In this document: piece after piece, positions 18,392 to 28,932 of the stretch | Layout of the letters: each line of letters starts with the position of its first letter | How positions within the stretch are numbered: position 1 is the first letter of the stretch | Assembly: GCA_019136515.1 (NCBI GenBank) | Contig: JAGVUB010000164.1 | Span: 14,394-78,393, forward strand | Direction: 5' to 3' | Length of the DNA: 64,000 bases | Origin: Verrucomicrobiota bacterium | GTDB lineage: Bacteria > Verrucomicrobiota > Verrucomicrobiia > Opitutales > Opitutaceae | Translations under genes and position numbers: made by a program | Notes under the pieces: generated by a model | Database searches by the model: none | What the model was told of the DNA's origin: nothing | The model's input: only the letters and a program-made list of their open reading frames with translations

Positions 18392-20869
18392 ATGGAACCG
18401 ATGAACAACTTCACTCCCCGCGCCCAGCAGGTCCTCTCGCTGGCCCGCAAGGAGGCCGATCGCTTCAATCATAACTATGTCGGCACCGAGCACCTCCTGC
18501 TCGGCCTGATCAAGCTCGGCCAGGGGGTCGCGGTGAGCGTGCTCCAGAAGATGGGGCTCGATCTCGAGACCGTCCGCGGCGCCGTCGAGAAGCAGGTCGG
18601 CGTCGGCCAGGAAGGCAAGTCCGGCGGGAGCATCCCGTATACGCCGCGCGTGAAGAAGGTCCTCGCGCTCGCCGGCAAGGAAGCGAAGGCCCTCAACCAT
18701 TCCTACGTGGGCACCGAGCACATCCTCCTCGGCCTCCTGCGCGAGGGTGAGGGCGTGGCCGCCCGCGTGCTCAAGTCGCTCGAGATCGATATCGAGCGCA
18801 CCCGCAACGAGATCCTCAAGGAGCTCGATCCGCAGTTCTCCGCCGAAGGTCCGTCCGCCATCGGTGGCGGTGCTCCGGGCCAGGGCGACGAGGCGATGTC
18901 CTCGCCGCGTTCTCCCGCCGAGGCCGGCGCGCCGGGCGAGAAGAAGGAGCTCAAGACCCCCGCGCTCAAGGCCTTCGGCCGCGACCTCACCGAGTTGGCG
19001 CGCAAGGGCGAGCTCGACCCCGTCATCGGTCGCAAGAACGAGATCCGCCGCGTCATCCAGATCCTCTGTCGCCGCACCAAGAACAACCCGGTGCTCATCG
19101 GCGAGGCCGGCGTCGGCAAGACCGCCATCGTCGAGGGCCTCGCCCAGGAGATCGCGGGCGGCATCGTCCCGGAAATCCTGATGGACAAGAAGGTCATCAC
19201 ACTCGACCTCGCCCTCATGGTCGCCGGCACCAAGTACCGCGGCCAGTTCGAGGAGCGCATCAAGGCCGTGATGGACGAGATCAAGCGGGCCAAGAACGTC
19301 ATCATCTTCATCGACGAACTCCACACCATTGTCGGCGCCGGCGCCGCCGAGGGAGCGATGGATGCCTCGAACATCTTCAAGCCCGCGCTCTCGGACTCCG
19401 CCCTCGACCGCCGCTTCCAGAACGTGAAGGTCGAGCCGCCGTCGATCGAGGACACCATCACCATTCTCAAGGGCATCCGCGGCAAGTACGAGGATCACCA
19501 CAAGGCGATCTATACCGACAAGGCCCTCGAGGTCGCCACCAAGCTTTCCGACCGGTACATCACAGGCCGCTTCCTGCCCGACAAGGCGATCGACGTCATG
19601 GACGAGGCCGGCGCCCGCGCCCGCATCCAGTCCCTGAACCGCCCGCCGGAGATCGAGGCGCTCACCAAGGAGATCGAGACCGTCTGCGCGCAGAAGGAGG
19701 ACGCGATCGCCAAGCAGCACTTCGAGGAGGCCGCCAAGTTCCGCGACAAGGAGAAGCAGCTCCGCGCCCAGCAGGAGAAGGCCCTCGAGGACTGGAAGAA
19801 GACCCGCGAGGACCACCGCGTGAACATCGACGAGGACCTCATCATGCAGGTCGTCGCCGACTGGACCGGCATCCCGCTCTCGCGCATGGAGAAGAAGGAG
19901 AGCGAGAAGCTCCTCACCCTCGAGACCGAGCTGCAGAAGATCATCATCGGCCAGGACGACGCCTGCAAAGCCATCGCCCGCGCGCTGCGCCGCTCCCGCG
20001 CCGACCTCAAGGACCCGCGCCGCCCGATCGGCTCGTTCATGTTCCTCGGGCCCACCGGTGTCGGCAAGACGGAGACGGCCAAGCAGCTCGCCGCCCAGAT
20101 GTTCGGCAATCAGGACGCGCTCGTGCAGATCGACATGTCCGAGTACATGGAGAAGTTCGCGATCTCGCGCCTGATCGGCTCGCCCCCGGGCTACGTGGGC
20201 CACGAGGAGGGCGGCCAGCTCACCGAGCAGGTCCGCCGCCGTCCGTATTCGGTCATCCTCTTCGACGAGATCGAGAAGGCCCACCCGGACGTCGTGCAGC
20301 TCCTTCTCCAGATCCTGGAGGACGGCCGCCTCACCGACTCGCTCGGCCGCCAGGTCGATTTCCGCAACACGATCATCATCATGACGACCAACGTCGGCGC
20401 CTCGCTCATCCAGCGGCAGACGACGGTCGGCTTCGGCGCGGCCAACGAAGGCATCGGCGACCTCGACAAGATCAAGGACAAGGTGCTCGAGGAATCGAAG
20501 CGCATCTTCAAGCCGGAGTTCCTCAACCGCATCAACGAGCTCATCGTCTTCCGCCCGCTCAAGAAGGACGACCTGCTCAAGATCGTGGACCTCGAGGTTG
20601 CGAAGGTCGTCAAGCGCGTGGCCGAGCGGAAGCTCGTGCTCGACGTGCAGACCGACGCCAAGCTGTTCCTCATCGAGAATGGCACCGACGAGAAGTACGG
20701 CGCGCGGCCGTTGCGGCGCGCGGTCGAACGCCATCTCGAGGATCCGCTCGCCGAGTTCATCCTGCGCGGCGACTTCAAGGAGGGTGAGCCGGTGCTGGTC
20801 GTGCGCGGCGAGAAGGCGCTCGAGTTCAAGACCAAGAACCCGACCTCCGAGACCGGCATCTCGTCCTGA
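18392..20869 (+). CDS. clpC: ATP-dependent Clp protease ATP-binding subunit ClpC
   Basis: Two Clp_N repeats, D1 Walker [11 protein letters not shown], a UVR-like middle motif, D2 Walker [10 protein letters not shown] and the sensor/ClpB_D2-small region. An apparent in-frame gap in D1 is described in findings. Confidence 0.95.
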   Translation: MEPMNNFTPRAQQVLSLARKEADRFNHNYVGTEHLLLGLIKLGQGVAVSVLQKMGLDLETVRGAVEKQVGVGQEGKSGGSIPYTPRVKKVLALAGKEAKALNHSYVGTEHILLGLLREGEGVAARVLKSLEIDIERTRNEILKELDPQFSAEGPSAIGGGAPGQGDEAMSSPRSPAEAGAPGEKKELKTPALKAFGRDLTELARKGELDPVIGRKNEIRRVIQILCRRTKNNPVLIGEAGVGKTAIVEGLAQEIAGGIVPEILMDKKVITLDLALMVAGTKYRGQFEERIKAVMDEIKRAKNVIIFIDELHTIVGAGAAEGAMDASNIFKPALSDSALDRRFQNVKVEPPSIEDTITILKGIRGKYEDHHKAIYTDKALEVATKLSDRYITGRFLPDKAIDVMDEAGARARIQSLNRPPEIEALTKEIETVCAQKEDAIAKQHFEEAAKFRDKEKQLRAQQEKALEDWKKTREDHRVNIDEDLIMQVVADWTGIPLSRMEKKESEKLLTLETELQKIIIGQDDACKAIARALRRSRADLKDPRRPIGSFMFLGPTGVGKTETAKQLAAQMFGNQDALVQIDMSEYMEKFAISRLIGSPPGYVGHEEGGQLTEQVRRRPYSVILFDEIEKAHPDVVQLLLQILEDGRLTDSLGRQVDFRNTIIIMTTNVGASLIQRQTTVGFGAANEGIGDLDKIKDKVLEESKRIFKPEFLNRINELIVFRPLKKDDLLKIVDLEVAKVVKRVAERKLVLDVQTDAKLFLIENGTDEKYGARPLRRAVERHLEDPLAEFILRGDFKEGEPVLVVRGEKALEFKTKNPTSETGISS

Positions 20870-20886
20870 TCCGCTAACTCCCGTAG

Positions 20887-20955
20887 GGAGCGACCTCGGT
20901 CGCTCCGCTCCGTTCCCCCCACGGCGGCGCCCCAGAGGCGCCGCCGTTTTGTTAT
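20887..20955 (+). terminator. Two tandem hairpins after clpC, the second a rho-independent terminator
   Basis: First hairpin: GGAGCGAC-CTCG-GTCGCTCC (20887-20906). Second hairpin: ACGGCGGCGCC-loop-GGCGCCGCCGT (20921-20947), followed by TTTTGTTATCCGTTTTTTTT. Confidence 0.65.
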
Positions 20956-21057
20956 CCGTTTTTTTTGGGGAGGCGGCCTGCGGCGGTGGGCCGATGCGCG
21001 AAGGGCGCGCAGGGCGCTGCAGTTCGCGGTTCCCGCGAGCTGCGCTGGTGCCGGGCA

Positions 21058-21087
21058 CAAAAAGCCCCGCGGCTTGGGGTCGCGGGG
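21058..21087 (-). terminator. Probable rho-independent terminator of pnp
   Basis: On the minus strand: CCCCGCG-ACCCCAAGC-CGCGGGG followed by CTTTTTG, about 45 nt after the pnp stop. Confidence 0.5.
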
Positions 21088-21131
21088 CGAAGGGGAAGTC
21101 GACGCGCTCACGCGCGTCGCCACGGATTGGA

Positions 21132-23345
21132 TCAGGCCTGGGGCTGCTGCTCGGCGGCGGGGGCCGGAGCGGGCTGGGCCTCGGGCGCCGGGGCGGCGGG
21201 TTGCTGCTCGGCTTTCTCGCGCTCCTGCATGGCGGCCCGGCGGCTGAGGCGAACCTTGCCGCTGCGCTCGTCGATGCCGACGCACTTGACCCAGATCTGG
21301 TCGCCCATCTTGACGACGTCCTCGGTGCGGCGCACGCGGAAGTCGGCGAGCTCGGAGATGTGGCAGAGGCCTTCCTTGCCGGGCAGGCACTCGACAAAGC
21401 AGCCGAACTCCTTGATGCCGGTGACGGTGCCGCTGTAGATCTTGCCCATCTCGATCTGGGCGCCGCCGCCGCAGAGCACGTCGATCTCCTGGATCGCGCG
21501 GTTGAGGGACTCGGCGTTGTTCGAGTAGATGAGAACCTTGCCGGAGTCGTCCTCGGCGATGTCGATCTGCGCGCCGGTGGTCTCGACGATGCGGCGGATG
21601 GTCTTGCCGCCGGGGCCGATGAGCAGGCCGATCTTCTCGGGGTCGATCTGGATGGTCTGGATGCGGGGCGCGAAGGGGCTGAGCTCCTTGCGCGGGGCCG
21701 GCAGCGAAGAGAGCATCAGATTCAGGATCTGGATGCGGGCTTCGCGGGCCTGGAAGATGGCCTTCTTGGCGATCTCGAAGGGCAGGCCGTTGATCTTCAG
21801 GTCGAGCTGGAAGCCGGTGATGCCCTTGGTGGTGCCGGCGACCTTGAAGTCCATGTCGCCAAAGTGGTCTTCCTCGCCGAGGATGTCGGTGATGACCTCG
21901 TGGCGAGAGATCGCGCCGGAGGCGTCGCGCTCGGTGATGAGGCCGCAGGAGATGCCGGCGACGGGGGCGACGATCGGCACGCCGGCGTCCATGAGGGCGA
22001 GGCAGCCGCCGCAGATCGAGGCCATCGAGGTCGAGCCATTGGAGGCCATGATCTCGGAGGAGAGGCGGATCGCGTACGGGAAGGCGTCTTCGGAGGGGAC
22101 GACCGGGAGGAGCGAGCGCTCGGCGAGGGCGCCGTGGCCGATCTCGCGACGGCCGGGGGAACCAGTGCGGCCGGTCTCGCCGACGGAGAAGGGCGGGAAG
22201 TTGTAGTGAAGGATGAAGCTCTTGGTCTTCGCGCCGCCGGTGAGCCCGTCGAGGTCCTGGGCGTCGCCCGCGGGGGCGAGGGTGGCGATGACGAGGCCCT
22301 GGGTATCGCCGCGCTTGAAGACGGCGGAGCCGTGGACGCGCGGGAGCACGCCGACCTCGCTGGAGATCGGGCGGAGGGAGAGGGCGTCGCGGCCGTCGGC
22401 GCGCTTGCCTTCGGCGAGCACGGTGGAGCGGTACGCGTTGTACTGGAGTTCCTCGAACACGATGGAGACATCGTGGGACTCGAACTTGCCTTCCCCCAGC
22501 TCGGCAGTGAGGGCGGCGGTGGCCTCCTCCATGAGCTTCTTGATGTTGGCGGAGCGCTCCTGCTTCTCCTTGCCGAAGATGGCGGGCTTCACCTTGTCGG
22601 CGAAGAGGCGCTTGATGATCGCGGCGGCCTCGGGCTTGGCGGTGACCAGCTTCGGGGAAACCTTGGCTTTGCCGCAGGCGGAGACGAGTTCCTTGATGGC
22701 CTTGATGATCGGCTGGATCGCGTTCTGGGCGAACTCGAGGGCCTTGACGAACTCCTCCTCGGGGAGCTGGTCGGCGCTGCCTTCGATCATGAGCATGTCG
22801 GTCTCGCTGCCGACGTAGATGAGGTCGAGCGCGGAGCCGGCCATCTGGTCGAGGGTCGGGTTGGCGACGAACTGGCCGTCGATGAGGCCGACGCGCACGC
22901 AGGCGATCGGGCCGGCCCACGGAATATCGGAGATGGAGAGGGCGGCGGAAGCGCCGTTGACCATCAGGATGTCGGGCTCGTTCTGGAGATCGGTGGAGAG
23001 GAGCAGGCCGATGATCTGGACCTCATTGAGGAAACCTTCCGGGAAGAGCGGGCGGCAGGGCCGGTCGCAGAGGCGGGAGGTGAGGATCTCTTTCTCGGAG
23101 GGGCGGCCTTCGCGCTTGAAGTAGCCGCCGGGGAACCGACCGGCCGCGGAGAACTTCTCGCGGTAGTCGACGGTGAGGGGGAAGAAGTCCTGGCCGGGCT
23201 TGATGTTGGCGGCGACCTGGGCGGAAACGAAGACGGTGGTTTCGCCGAGGCTGATGGTGACGGCGCCCGAGGCGAGCTGGGCGATGGAGCCGGTCGAGAT
23301 CTTGATCCCGAGCTCGGGAACGGTGACGGAGTGCTTCTGGTTCAT
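21132..23345 (-). CDS. pnp: Polyribonucleotide nucleotidyltransferase (PNPase)
   Basis: Full-length match to PNPase architecture: two RNase PH domains, KH ([10 protein letters not shown]) and S1 ([19 protein letters not shown]), plus an Ala/Pro/Gln-rich tail. Confidence 0.97.
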   Translation of the reverse strand: MNQKHSVTVPELGIKISTGSIAQLASGAVTISLGETTVFVSAQVAANIKPGQDFFPLTVDYREKFSAAGRFPGGYFKREGRPSEKEILTSRLCDRPCRPLFPEGFLNEVQIIGLLLSTDLQNEPDILMVNGASAALSISDIPWAGPIACVRVGLIDGQFVANPTLDQMAGSALDLIYVGSETDMLMIEGSADQLPEEEFVKALEFAQNAIQPIIKAIKELVSACGKAKVSPKLVTAKPEAAAIIKRLFADKVKPAIFGKEKQERSANIKKLMEEATAALTAELGEGKFESHDVSIVFEELQYNAYRSTVLAEGKRADGRDALSLRPISSEVGVLPRVHGSAVFKRGDTQGLVIATLAPAGDAQDLDGLTGGAKTKSFILHYNFPPFSVGETGRTGSPGRREIGHGALAERSLLPVVPSEDAFPYAIRLSSEIMASNGSTSMASICGGCLALMDAGVPIVAPVAGISCGLITERDASGAISRHEVITDILGEEDHFGDMDFKVAGTTKGITGFQLDLKINGLPFEIAKKAIFQAREARIQILNLMLSSLPAPRKELSPFAPRIQTIQIDPEKIGLLIGPGGKTIRRIVETTGAQIDIAEDDSGKVLIYSNNAESLNRAIQEIDVLCGGGAQIEMGKIYSGTVTGIKEFGCFVECLPGKEGLCHISELADFRVRRTEDVVKMGDQIWVKCVGIDERSGKVRLSRRAAMQEREKAEQQPAAPAPEAQPAPAPAAEQQPQA

Positions 23346-23496
23346 GGTACTGGTATTCGGAGATTGGGGTTGAAGGAGCCTCCGAGGGCTCCGACCTGCC
23401 GGACCAGAATCTGAGAGATTTCCGAGCGCCCTCCGGCGCGGGGTGGGCGCTGTGGGGCGAAGGGCGGTCGGAAATGTCCCAGTCTTGATTCGGTCC

Positions 23497-23541
23497 CTGA
23501 AAAGGCGTCGGCGGCGATCTTTCCGGGTATCGCCGCCGACG
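23497..23541 (-). terminator. Hairpin between rpsO and pnp (rpsO terminator / pnp leader stem)
   Basis: Perfect 13-bp inverted repeat CGTCGGCGGCGAT / ATCGCCGCCGACG (23506-23518 and 23529-23541). On the minus strand it is followed by CCTTTTC. Confidence 0.5.
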
Positions 23542-23557
23542 GGTCAAAGAGGTTTGG

Positions 23558-23824
23558 TTAGCGACGCAGCCCGAGGGACTGCAGGACGGCGTTGTAGCGG
23601 TCGACGCTTTCGCTCTTCAGGTAATCGAGGAGCTTGCGGCGACGGCTGGCCATCGCGAGAAGGCCACGGCGGCTGTGGAAATCCTTGCGGTGATCGCGAA
23701 GGTGTTCCGTGAGGTGGCTGATGCGAGCGGAGAGCAACGCGATCTGGACCTCGGGTGAGCCGGTATCCTTCTCGTGGGTCCGGAACTTGGTGATGACTTC
23801 CTGTTTAACAGTGACTTCTGACAT
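23558..23824 (-). CDS. rpsO: 30S ribosomal protein S15
   Basis: [27 protein letters not shown]-like..HSRRGLL is the canonical S15 sequence. The start was set at ATG 23824. Confidence 0.95.
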   Translation of the reverse strand: MSEVTVKQEVITKFRTHEKDTGSPEVQIALLSARISHLTEHLRDHRKDFHSRRGLLAMASRRRKLLDYLKSESVDRYNAVLQSLGLRR

Positions 23825-24138
23825 GTTGGTTGTTGGTTGATCCACGACTGTGAGAGCTTCCGAGGAGGCTCCGTGCAACCCGCAGTGGAGGCCGGTCGCA
23901 CCGTTCTAGCCCGGTCGCCGGGAGGCGGCCGAACCAGTCGAGGTGGCGTTCCGAACCGCCGGAGCGCCACTAACGCGAAGGGCGTTTATCCAGGCGGGGC
24001 CGCGGTGGAGCAAGCGGTTTTTTCGCCGGGACGCCCGGCCCGACGACGTGGGTGTGGGGTGGTGGGCTCCCGCCTTGCGGCCGCGGGCGGTTTCGGGTCC
24101 CGGTGGTCCGACCTGTGGCGGGGCTCCGCGGCACCGGG

Positions 24139-24519
24139 TCAACCGGCGCGCAGGGTGAGGCCGACGACTTTCTCGCAGCCTTGGAGCTGCCGGATGCGCT
24201 GGAGGATGATTGTCTCGAGCAGGCGGATCTCGTCGCGCACGACGGCGTGGGAGACCAGAACGAGGAGTTTACCCTTGGTGTCGATCTTCACCGGATGGCT
24301 GTAGGCGGCGTTGGCGCTGCCGACGATCTCGGCCCAGTGCTGGCGGACGGTGTGGTCGGGGGCGTCGTCGCCGATGTGGTACTTGCGCAGGAGTTGGTCG
24401 ATGGTCTCGCCGATGGGGCGTTCGCGCCTAGGGCGCGAGCGCGAGTCGTTGGTCGGGAGCCCCCTCATCGAGGCGATGAGGTTCTCGACGGAGCGGGTGA
24501 ACTCGTGGGGCTCGGGCAT
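24139..24519 (-). CDS. DUF721/DciA-like protein
   Basis: 126 aa. The W..IVG....HS.P..I..G.L.V.V.S..V..E pattern (QHWAEIVGSANAAYSHPVKIDTKGKLLVLVSHAVVRDE) is typical of DUF721. Confidence 0.65.
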   Translation of the reverse strand: MPEPHEFTRSVENLIASMRGLPTNDSRSRPRRERPIGETIDQLLRKYHIGDDAPDHTVRQHWAEIVGSANAAYSHPVKIDTKGKLLVLVSHAVVRDEIRLLETIILQRIRQLQGCEKVVGLTLRAG

Positions 24520-24591
24520 CGATGGGGCTTGCGACGGGCTGTTGGCAGCGGCCGAACGACTTCGTCGTCCCGCTACGTGGATCAGTGCGGG

Positions 24592-26346
24592 TCAGGCGAT
24601 CTGTTGCTGGTCGTAGAGACCGCGGTAGAGCGGGCTGCTCCGGTAGACCTCGGCGTGGGGACCGCGGGCGACGATCTGGCCGCGATCGAATACGAGAACC
24701 AGGTTGGCGTCGCGCAGGGTGCTGAAACGGTGGGCGATCATCAGCACGGTGCGACCGACGACGAGCTTCTGCAGCGCCTTCTGGATCGCGGCTTCGCTGT
24801 CGCTGTCGAGGGCGGAGGTGGCCTCGTCGAGGATGAGGATCGGGGCGTTGCGCAGGAAGGCGCGGGCGAGGGCGATGCGCTGACGTTGGCCGCCGGAGAC
24901 GGAGGCTCCGCGCTCGCCGACGATGGTGTCGTAGCCTTGGGGTAGGCCGGCGATGAAGTCGTGGGCGTAGGCGTCGCGCGCCGCCTGCTCGACATCGGCG
25001 CGGGTGGCGCCGGGACGGCCGAGCAGGAGGTTGTTGTAGATCGTGTCGTTGAAGAGAAACGAATCCTGGCTGACGATGGCGACGTTCGCGCGCAGGTCGG
25101 CTTGTCGCAGCTCGCGGATGTCGATGCCGTCGACGAACACCGCTCCCGAGGTCACGTCGTAGAAACGAGGCACGAGGTTGGCGAAGGTGCTCTTGCCCAT
25201 CCCGCTCTTGCCGACGAGAGCGACGATGCTGCCGGCGGGAATGTCGACCGAGAGATTCTGCAGCACGATCTCGTCGGTGGCGGTGCCGCCGTAGGCGAAG
25301 GAGACGTTGCGAAACTCGATGGCGCCGCGGGCGTGGCCGAGCGTCTTCGGCTCTGCCGGGTCGGCGATCGGCTCGGGTTCGTGGAGCACCTGTTCGAGGC
25401 GATCGAGCGCGGCGGTTCCGCGGGTGAGCTCGGTCTGCATCTTGCCCATGCGGCGCATGGCGTCGGCGCAGAAGTAGAGCGCCGGCAACATCGAGATCAC
25501 GCTGCTCCAGGGCGACCCGGCGCGGTAGGCCATGAACAGGGCGATGGCGATGCCGATGCCGGTGAGAAATTCGATCAGCGGCGAAAGGGAGAAGGCATAT
25601 TTGTTCACCTTCATCTGCTGGGCGAAGAAGCGCCGCACGCTCGCGGCGAAACGCGCCTGTTCGCGTTGCTCGAGGGCAAACGCCCGCACTTCGCGGGCCG
25701 CGGACAGGTTCTCCCGGAGAATCTCGGAGATCTCGCCGTTGGCCTCGAACGCCTGCTTGGCGCGCCGGTAGAGGTTCTTGCCGATGATCTTGATCGGCAG
25801 CACTGCGAGCGGGATCGAGGTGAGCCCGAGCAGGAACATGCCCGCGCCCGGTTCCTTGATCGCGATGTAGACGATGTAGCCGATGCCGCCGAGGAAAGTG
25901 GCGGGCAGCACCACGATGTCGCTGGCCGAACTGGTGAGCGTGAGCTGGGCCTGTTGCGCGTCGGACACGGCGCGAGCGAGCAGTTCGCCGCTTTTCGACT
26001 TTTGGAAGTAGCCCAGAGGCAGTCGCTGGAATTTCCCGAAGAGATCCTTGCGCAGGCCCTCGAGTACGACCGTGCCGCAATAGGCCACGAGATAGCTGTT
26101 GAGGAACTGGGCGATACAGCGAACTCCGAAGACCAGCGGGACGAGCGCGAGGCGCGCGAGGAGATCGTACGTCTCGAGCCGTGTTCCTCCCGCCGCCTCG
26201 AAGAAGGGCTGGAAGACCTGCTTGATCATCCACGAGATGCCGGCGCTGCTCGCTCCGCCGGCGAGCACACCCAAGCAGATGCCGGCAATGAAACGCACCC
26301 GCACCGGGCGCAGATAGTGGTAATACGGACGGAAGCGGGCGAGCAT
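24592..26346 (-). CDS. ABC exporter, fused permease/ATPase (MsbA-like)
   Basis: Six-TM N-domain, Walker A GKSGMGKST, ABC signature VSGGQRQRIALARA, and Walker B ILILDEATSALD. Confidence 0.9.
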   Translation of the reverse strand: MLARFRPYYHYLRPVRVRFIAGICLGVLAGGASSAGISWMIKQVFQPFFEAAGGTRLETYDLLARLALVPLVFGVRCIAQFLNSYLVAYCGTVVLEGLRKDLFGKFQRLPLGYFQKSKSGELLARAVSDAQQAQLTLTSSASDIVVLPATFLGGIGYIVYIAIKEPGAGMFLLGLTSIPLAVLPIKIIGKNLYRRAKQAFEANGEISEILRENLSAAREVRAFALEQREQARFAASVRRFFAQQMKVNKYAFSLSPLIEFLTGIGIAIALFMAYRAGSPWSSVISMLPALYFCADAMRRMGKMQTELTRGTAALDRLEQVLHEPEPIADPAEPKTLGHARGAIEFRNVSFAYGGTATDEIVLQNLSVDIPAGSIVALVGKSGMGKSTFANLVPRFYDVTSGAVFVDGIDIRELRQADLRANVAIVSQDSFLFNDTIYNNLLLGRPGATRADVEQAARDAYAHDFIAGLPQGYDTIVGERGASVSGGQRQRIALARAFLRNAPILILDEATSALDSDSEAAIQKALQKLVVGRTVLMIAHRFSTLRDANLVLVFDRGQIVARGPHAEVYRSSPLYRGLYDQQQIA

Positions 26347-26364
26347 CTGGTGGGGGGCGGGCGG

Positions 26365-27309
26365 TTAGTCGGCCGAGGCTCGCACATCCAAGGCGTCGCG
26401 CAAGCCGTCTCCCAGGAAATTCAGGGCGAGCAACGTGAGCGAGAACACCGCGCCGGGGCCGAGCAGCAGCCACGTCTGGCTCTCCATCTCGAGCTGGCCG
26501 TCGTAGAGGAGCGTGCCGAGCGAACTCATCGGCGCCTTCACGCCGAGACCGAGAAAACTGAGGAAGGCCTCGAGCAGCATCACGCCCGGGATCGTGAGCG
26601 TGGTGTAGACGATCACCGGCCCGAGGAGATTGGGCAGCAGATGGCGGAAGATGATCCGCCCGTGCCCGAGACCGAGCGTGCGCGCGGCCTCGACAAACTC
26701 CATACGCTTGAGCGACTGCACCTGCCCGCGGACGATGCGCGCCATGGTGAGCCACTCCACCGCGCCGATGGCGGCGAAGAGCACGAGGAGATTCCAGGTC
26801 GGACCAAACTGCAGGCGTTTGGCCAGCGCGTCGCAGAAGACCATCAGCAGGATCACGAACACCGTGAAGGGCAGCGCGTAGACGATGTCGACGATGCGCA
26901 TCATCACCGAGTCGAGCTTGCCGCCGACGTAGCCGGCGACCGCGCCCCATGTCACCCCGATGGTGAGCGAGACCAGCGTGGCGGCGAGGCCCACGGCCAG
27001 CGAGATGCGGCAGCCGAAGAGCGTGCGGGCGAAGACGTCGTGGCCGAGGCGATCGGTGCCGAGCGGATACCGCAGGCTGGGCGGGGAGTACCCGAGGGCG
27101 AGGTCGATGTTGGAGTACGAGAGCCCGAGCAGTCCCGGCAGCACGGCGCAGCCGAGGACGAGTACGAGCAGGAAAAGCCCGGAGGCGACGGCGAGCCGGT
27201 TCTTCCGCAGGCGGCGCCAGGCGTCGCGCCCGAGCGACGAGCCGCGCTCCGCGGCGTCGAGCGGCGGGGGCGTGGGCAGGCGGTCGGGCGAGGGGGAGAG
27301 GCGGAGCAT
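26365..27309 (-). CDS. Peptide/nickel ABC transporter permease (OppC/DppC-like)
   Basis: BPD_transp_1 core (MEFVEAARTLGLGHGRIIFRHLLPN). The start was set at ATG 27309. Confidence 0.85.
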   Translation of the reverse strand: MLRLSPSPDRLPTPPPLDAAERGSSLGRDAWRRLRKNRLAVASGLFLLVLVLGCAVLPGLLGLSYSNIDLALGYSPPSLRYPLGTDRLGHDVFARTLFGCRISLAVGLAATLVSLTIGVTWGAVAGYVGGKLDSVMMRIVDIVYALPFTVFVILLMVFCDALAKRLQFGPTWNLLVLFAAIGAVEWLTMARIVRGQVQSLKRMEFVEAARTLGLGHGRIIFRHLLPNLLGPVIVYTTLTIPGVMLLEAFLSFLGLGVKAPMSSLGTLLYDGQLEMESQTWLLLGPGAVFSLTLLALNFLGDGLRDALDVRASAD

Positions 27310-27452
27310 CGGGGAACTGCGGATGGCGGAATGGAGAAGCGACGGAAGGGACGGAGGCGGGAAATGTGGAAATCTGGAACTCAGCGTAGACGCGCGCCGG
27401 GGAGCGGCCTTGCGGGAATGCAACACTGTGACGCGATCCATCCGAAAATTGA

Positions 27453-27509
27453 CCACGGATCACACGGATGGGCACGGATGACCAGAGAACGATCCGTGTT
27501 CATCCGTGG
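27453..27509. repeat. REP-like imperfect palindromic element built from CACGGAT units
   Basis: CCACGGATCACACGGATGGGCACGGATGACC...GATCCGTGTTCATCCGTGG. It has three direct CACGGAT units and then two inverted ATCCGTG units. It lies in the 395-nt gap between oppB and oppC. Confidence 0.5.
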
Positions 27510-27704
27510 TTTCTGGTTCATGTTGCTTGAGAGGAACGGAGGACGGACTCGGAGGCGACAGAAGGTAACAATGGGAACGAAGAAGTGGGGGCGGAAGCGT
27601 TGCGGTATCAGGGGAGTTCGTTGTGCGGAGAGGGGGCGAGTGTTCGCGGTCTTCTCTTTGTTTTCTTCGTTGTCTTCTGTCGTCCGTGTGCGGTGGAGAG
27701 CTGC

Positions 27705-28706
27705 TCAGTCCTCGAAGCGAAGTTTTGGGATCAACCAGATCTGGACGACGTCGACGGCGAGGTTGAAGAACACGATCGCGCCGGCGTAGAGCACGACGGT
27801 GCCGACCACCAGGGTGTAGTCGCGGTTGAAGGCGGAGGTCACGAACTCCCGGCCCAGGCCGGGGATCTGGAAGATGCGCTCGATCACGAACGAGCCGGTG
27901 AGGATGCCCGCCGCCGCCGGCCCGAGATACGAGATCACGGGCAGCAGGCCGCCGCGCAGCGCGTGGCGCAGGACGATGCGTGGCTCCGAGGCGCCCTTGG
28001 CGCGCGCGGTGCGGATGAAGTCCTGGCCGAGCACCTCCAGCATGCCGCCGCGGGTCAGGCGCGCGACGGCCGCGGCGTAGACGAGGCCGAGCGTGAGGGA
28101 AGGCAGGACACGGTCGAGCGGCTCGTCCCAGCCGGAGGCGTTGAAGCGCTGGAGCCAGACGGCGAAAACGAGGACGAACAACGGCCCGAGGATGAAGGTT
28201 GGCACGCAGATGCCGCAGAGCGAGATGCCGCTGCTCAGGTAGTCGATCCAGGTGTTGCGGCGCACGGCCGCGACCACCCCGAGCGGGATGCCCAGCACGA
28301 GCGCGACCAGCAGCGACCAGGCGCCGAGTTCGAGCGAACAGGGCAGTGCGCCGGCGATGATCTCGTTGACGGTGCGGTTGGCGTATTTGAGCGATGGACC
28401 GAAATCGATGCCGAAGGCGGCCTTGAGGTCGAAGTCCCAACGACCGTCGCGGTCGGTGTCGGCGAAGAGCCGATGCGGGTGGAGCCGTTTCGGGCAGAGG
28501 CCGGCGAGGTAGGCGGCGTACTGGTGCCAGAGCGGTTGATCGAGGCCGTAGTGGGCCTCGAGGTTGCGCTGCACTTCCGGCGGCAGCGATTTCTCGCCGA
28601 GGAACGGTCCGCCCGGCACGAACCGGACCATGAAGAAGGTCGCCGTGACGATGAGGAACATCACGGGGATCGTTTCGAGCAGGCGGCGGAGGACGAAGCG
28701 GAGCAT
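27705..28706 (-). CDS. Peptide/nickel ABC transporter permease (OppB/DppB-like)
   Basis: N-terminus MLRFVLRRLLETIPVMFLIVTATFFMVR plus the conserved FIRTARAKG motif. Confidence 0.85.
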   Translation of the reverse strand: MLRFVLRRLLETIPVMFLIVTATFFMVRFVPGGPFLGEKSLPPEVQRNLEAHYGLDQPLWHQYAAYLAGLCPKRLHPHRLFADTDRDGRWDFDLKAAFGIDFGPSLKYANRTVNEIIAGALPCSLELGAWSLLVALVLGIPLGVVAAVRRNTWIDYLSSGISLCGICVPTFILGPLFVLVFAVWLQRFNASGWDEPLDRVLPSLTLGLVYAAAVARLTRGGMLEVLGQDFIRTARAKGASEPRIVLRHALRGGLLPVISYLGPAAAGILTGSFVIERIFQIPGLGREFVTSAFNRDYTLVVGTVVLYAGAIVFFNLAVDVVQIWLIPKLRFED

Positions 28707-28932
28707 GCCGGCGGTGGAGCGTGGCAATCAAACCGCGCCGAGGCGGAAAATCCAAGGATGGAGTGGGCGGCGGCGCGAGGAGGGGCGCCGCGCGATGGGA
28801 GGTGGTCCCATGAACCAGGGCGCGCGAACGCGCCTCCGCGAAGGAAACGTAAGACTGCGCGGGGGCGCCGTCGTGGAGTGTTTGCACTCGCAACGGCCCG
28901 GTGGGGACGGTTCCATCACCGCCACTTTGCGG

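Noticed and set aside
17225-23414. Giant antisense or off-frame ORFs (1390 aa, 909 aa, 938 aa) across mcsB, clpC and pnp
   Set aside because: They contain no recognisable motifs and have Arg/Gly/Asp/Glu/Leu-biased composition. They lie fully within genes whose sense frames match ClpC, McsB and PNPase end to end. I treat them as high-GC stop-codon-depletion artefacts.
24428-27789. 1015-aa (minus) and 942-aa (plus) ORFs spanning the ABC exporter and oppC region
   Set aside because: Same artefact class as above. The MsbA-like and OppC-like frames explain the region.
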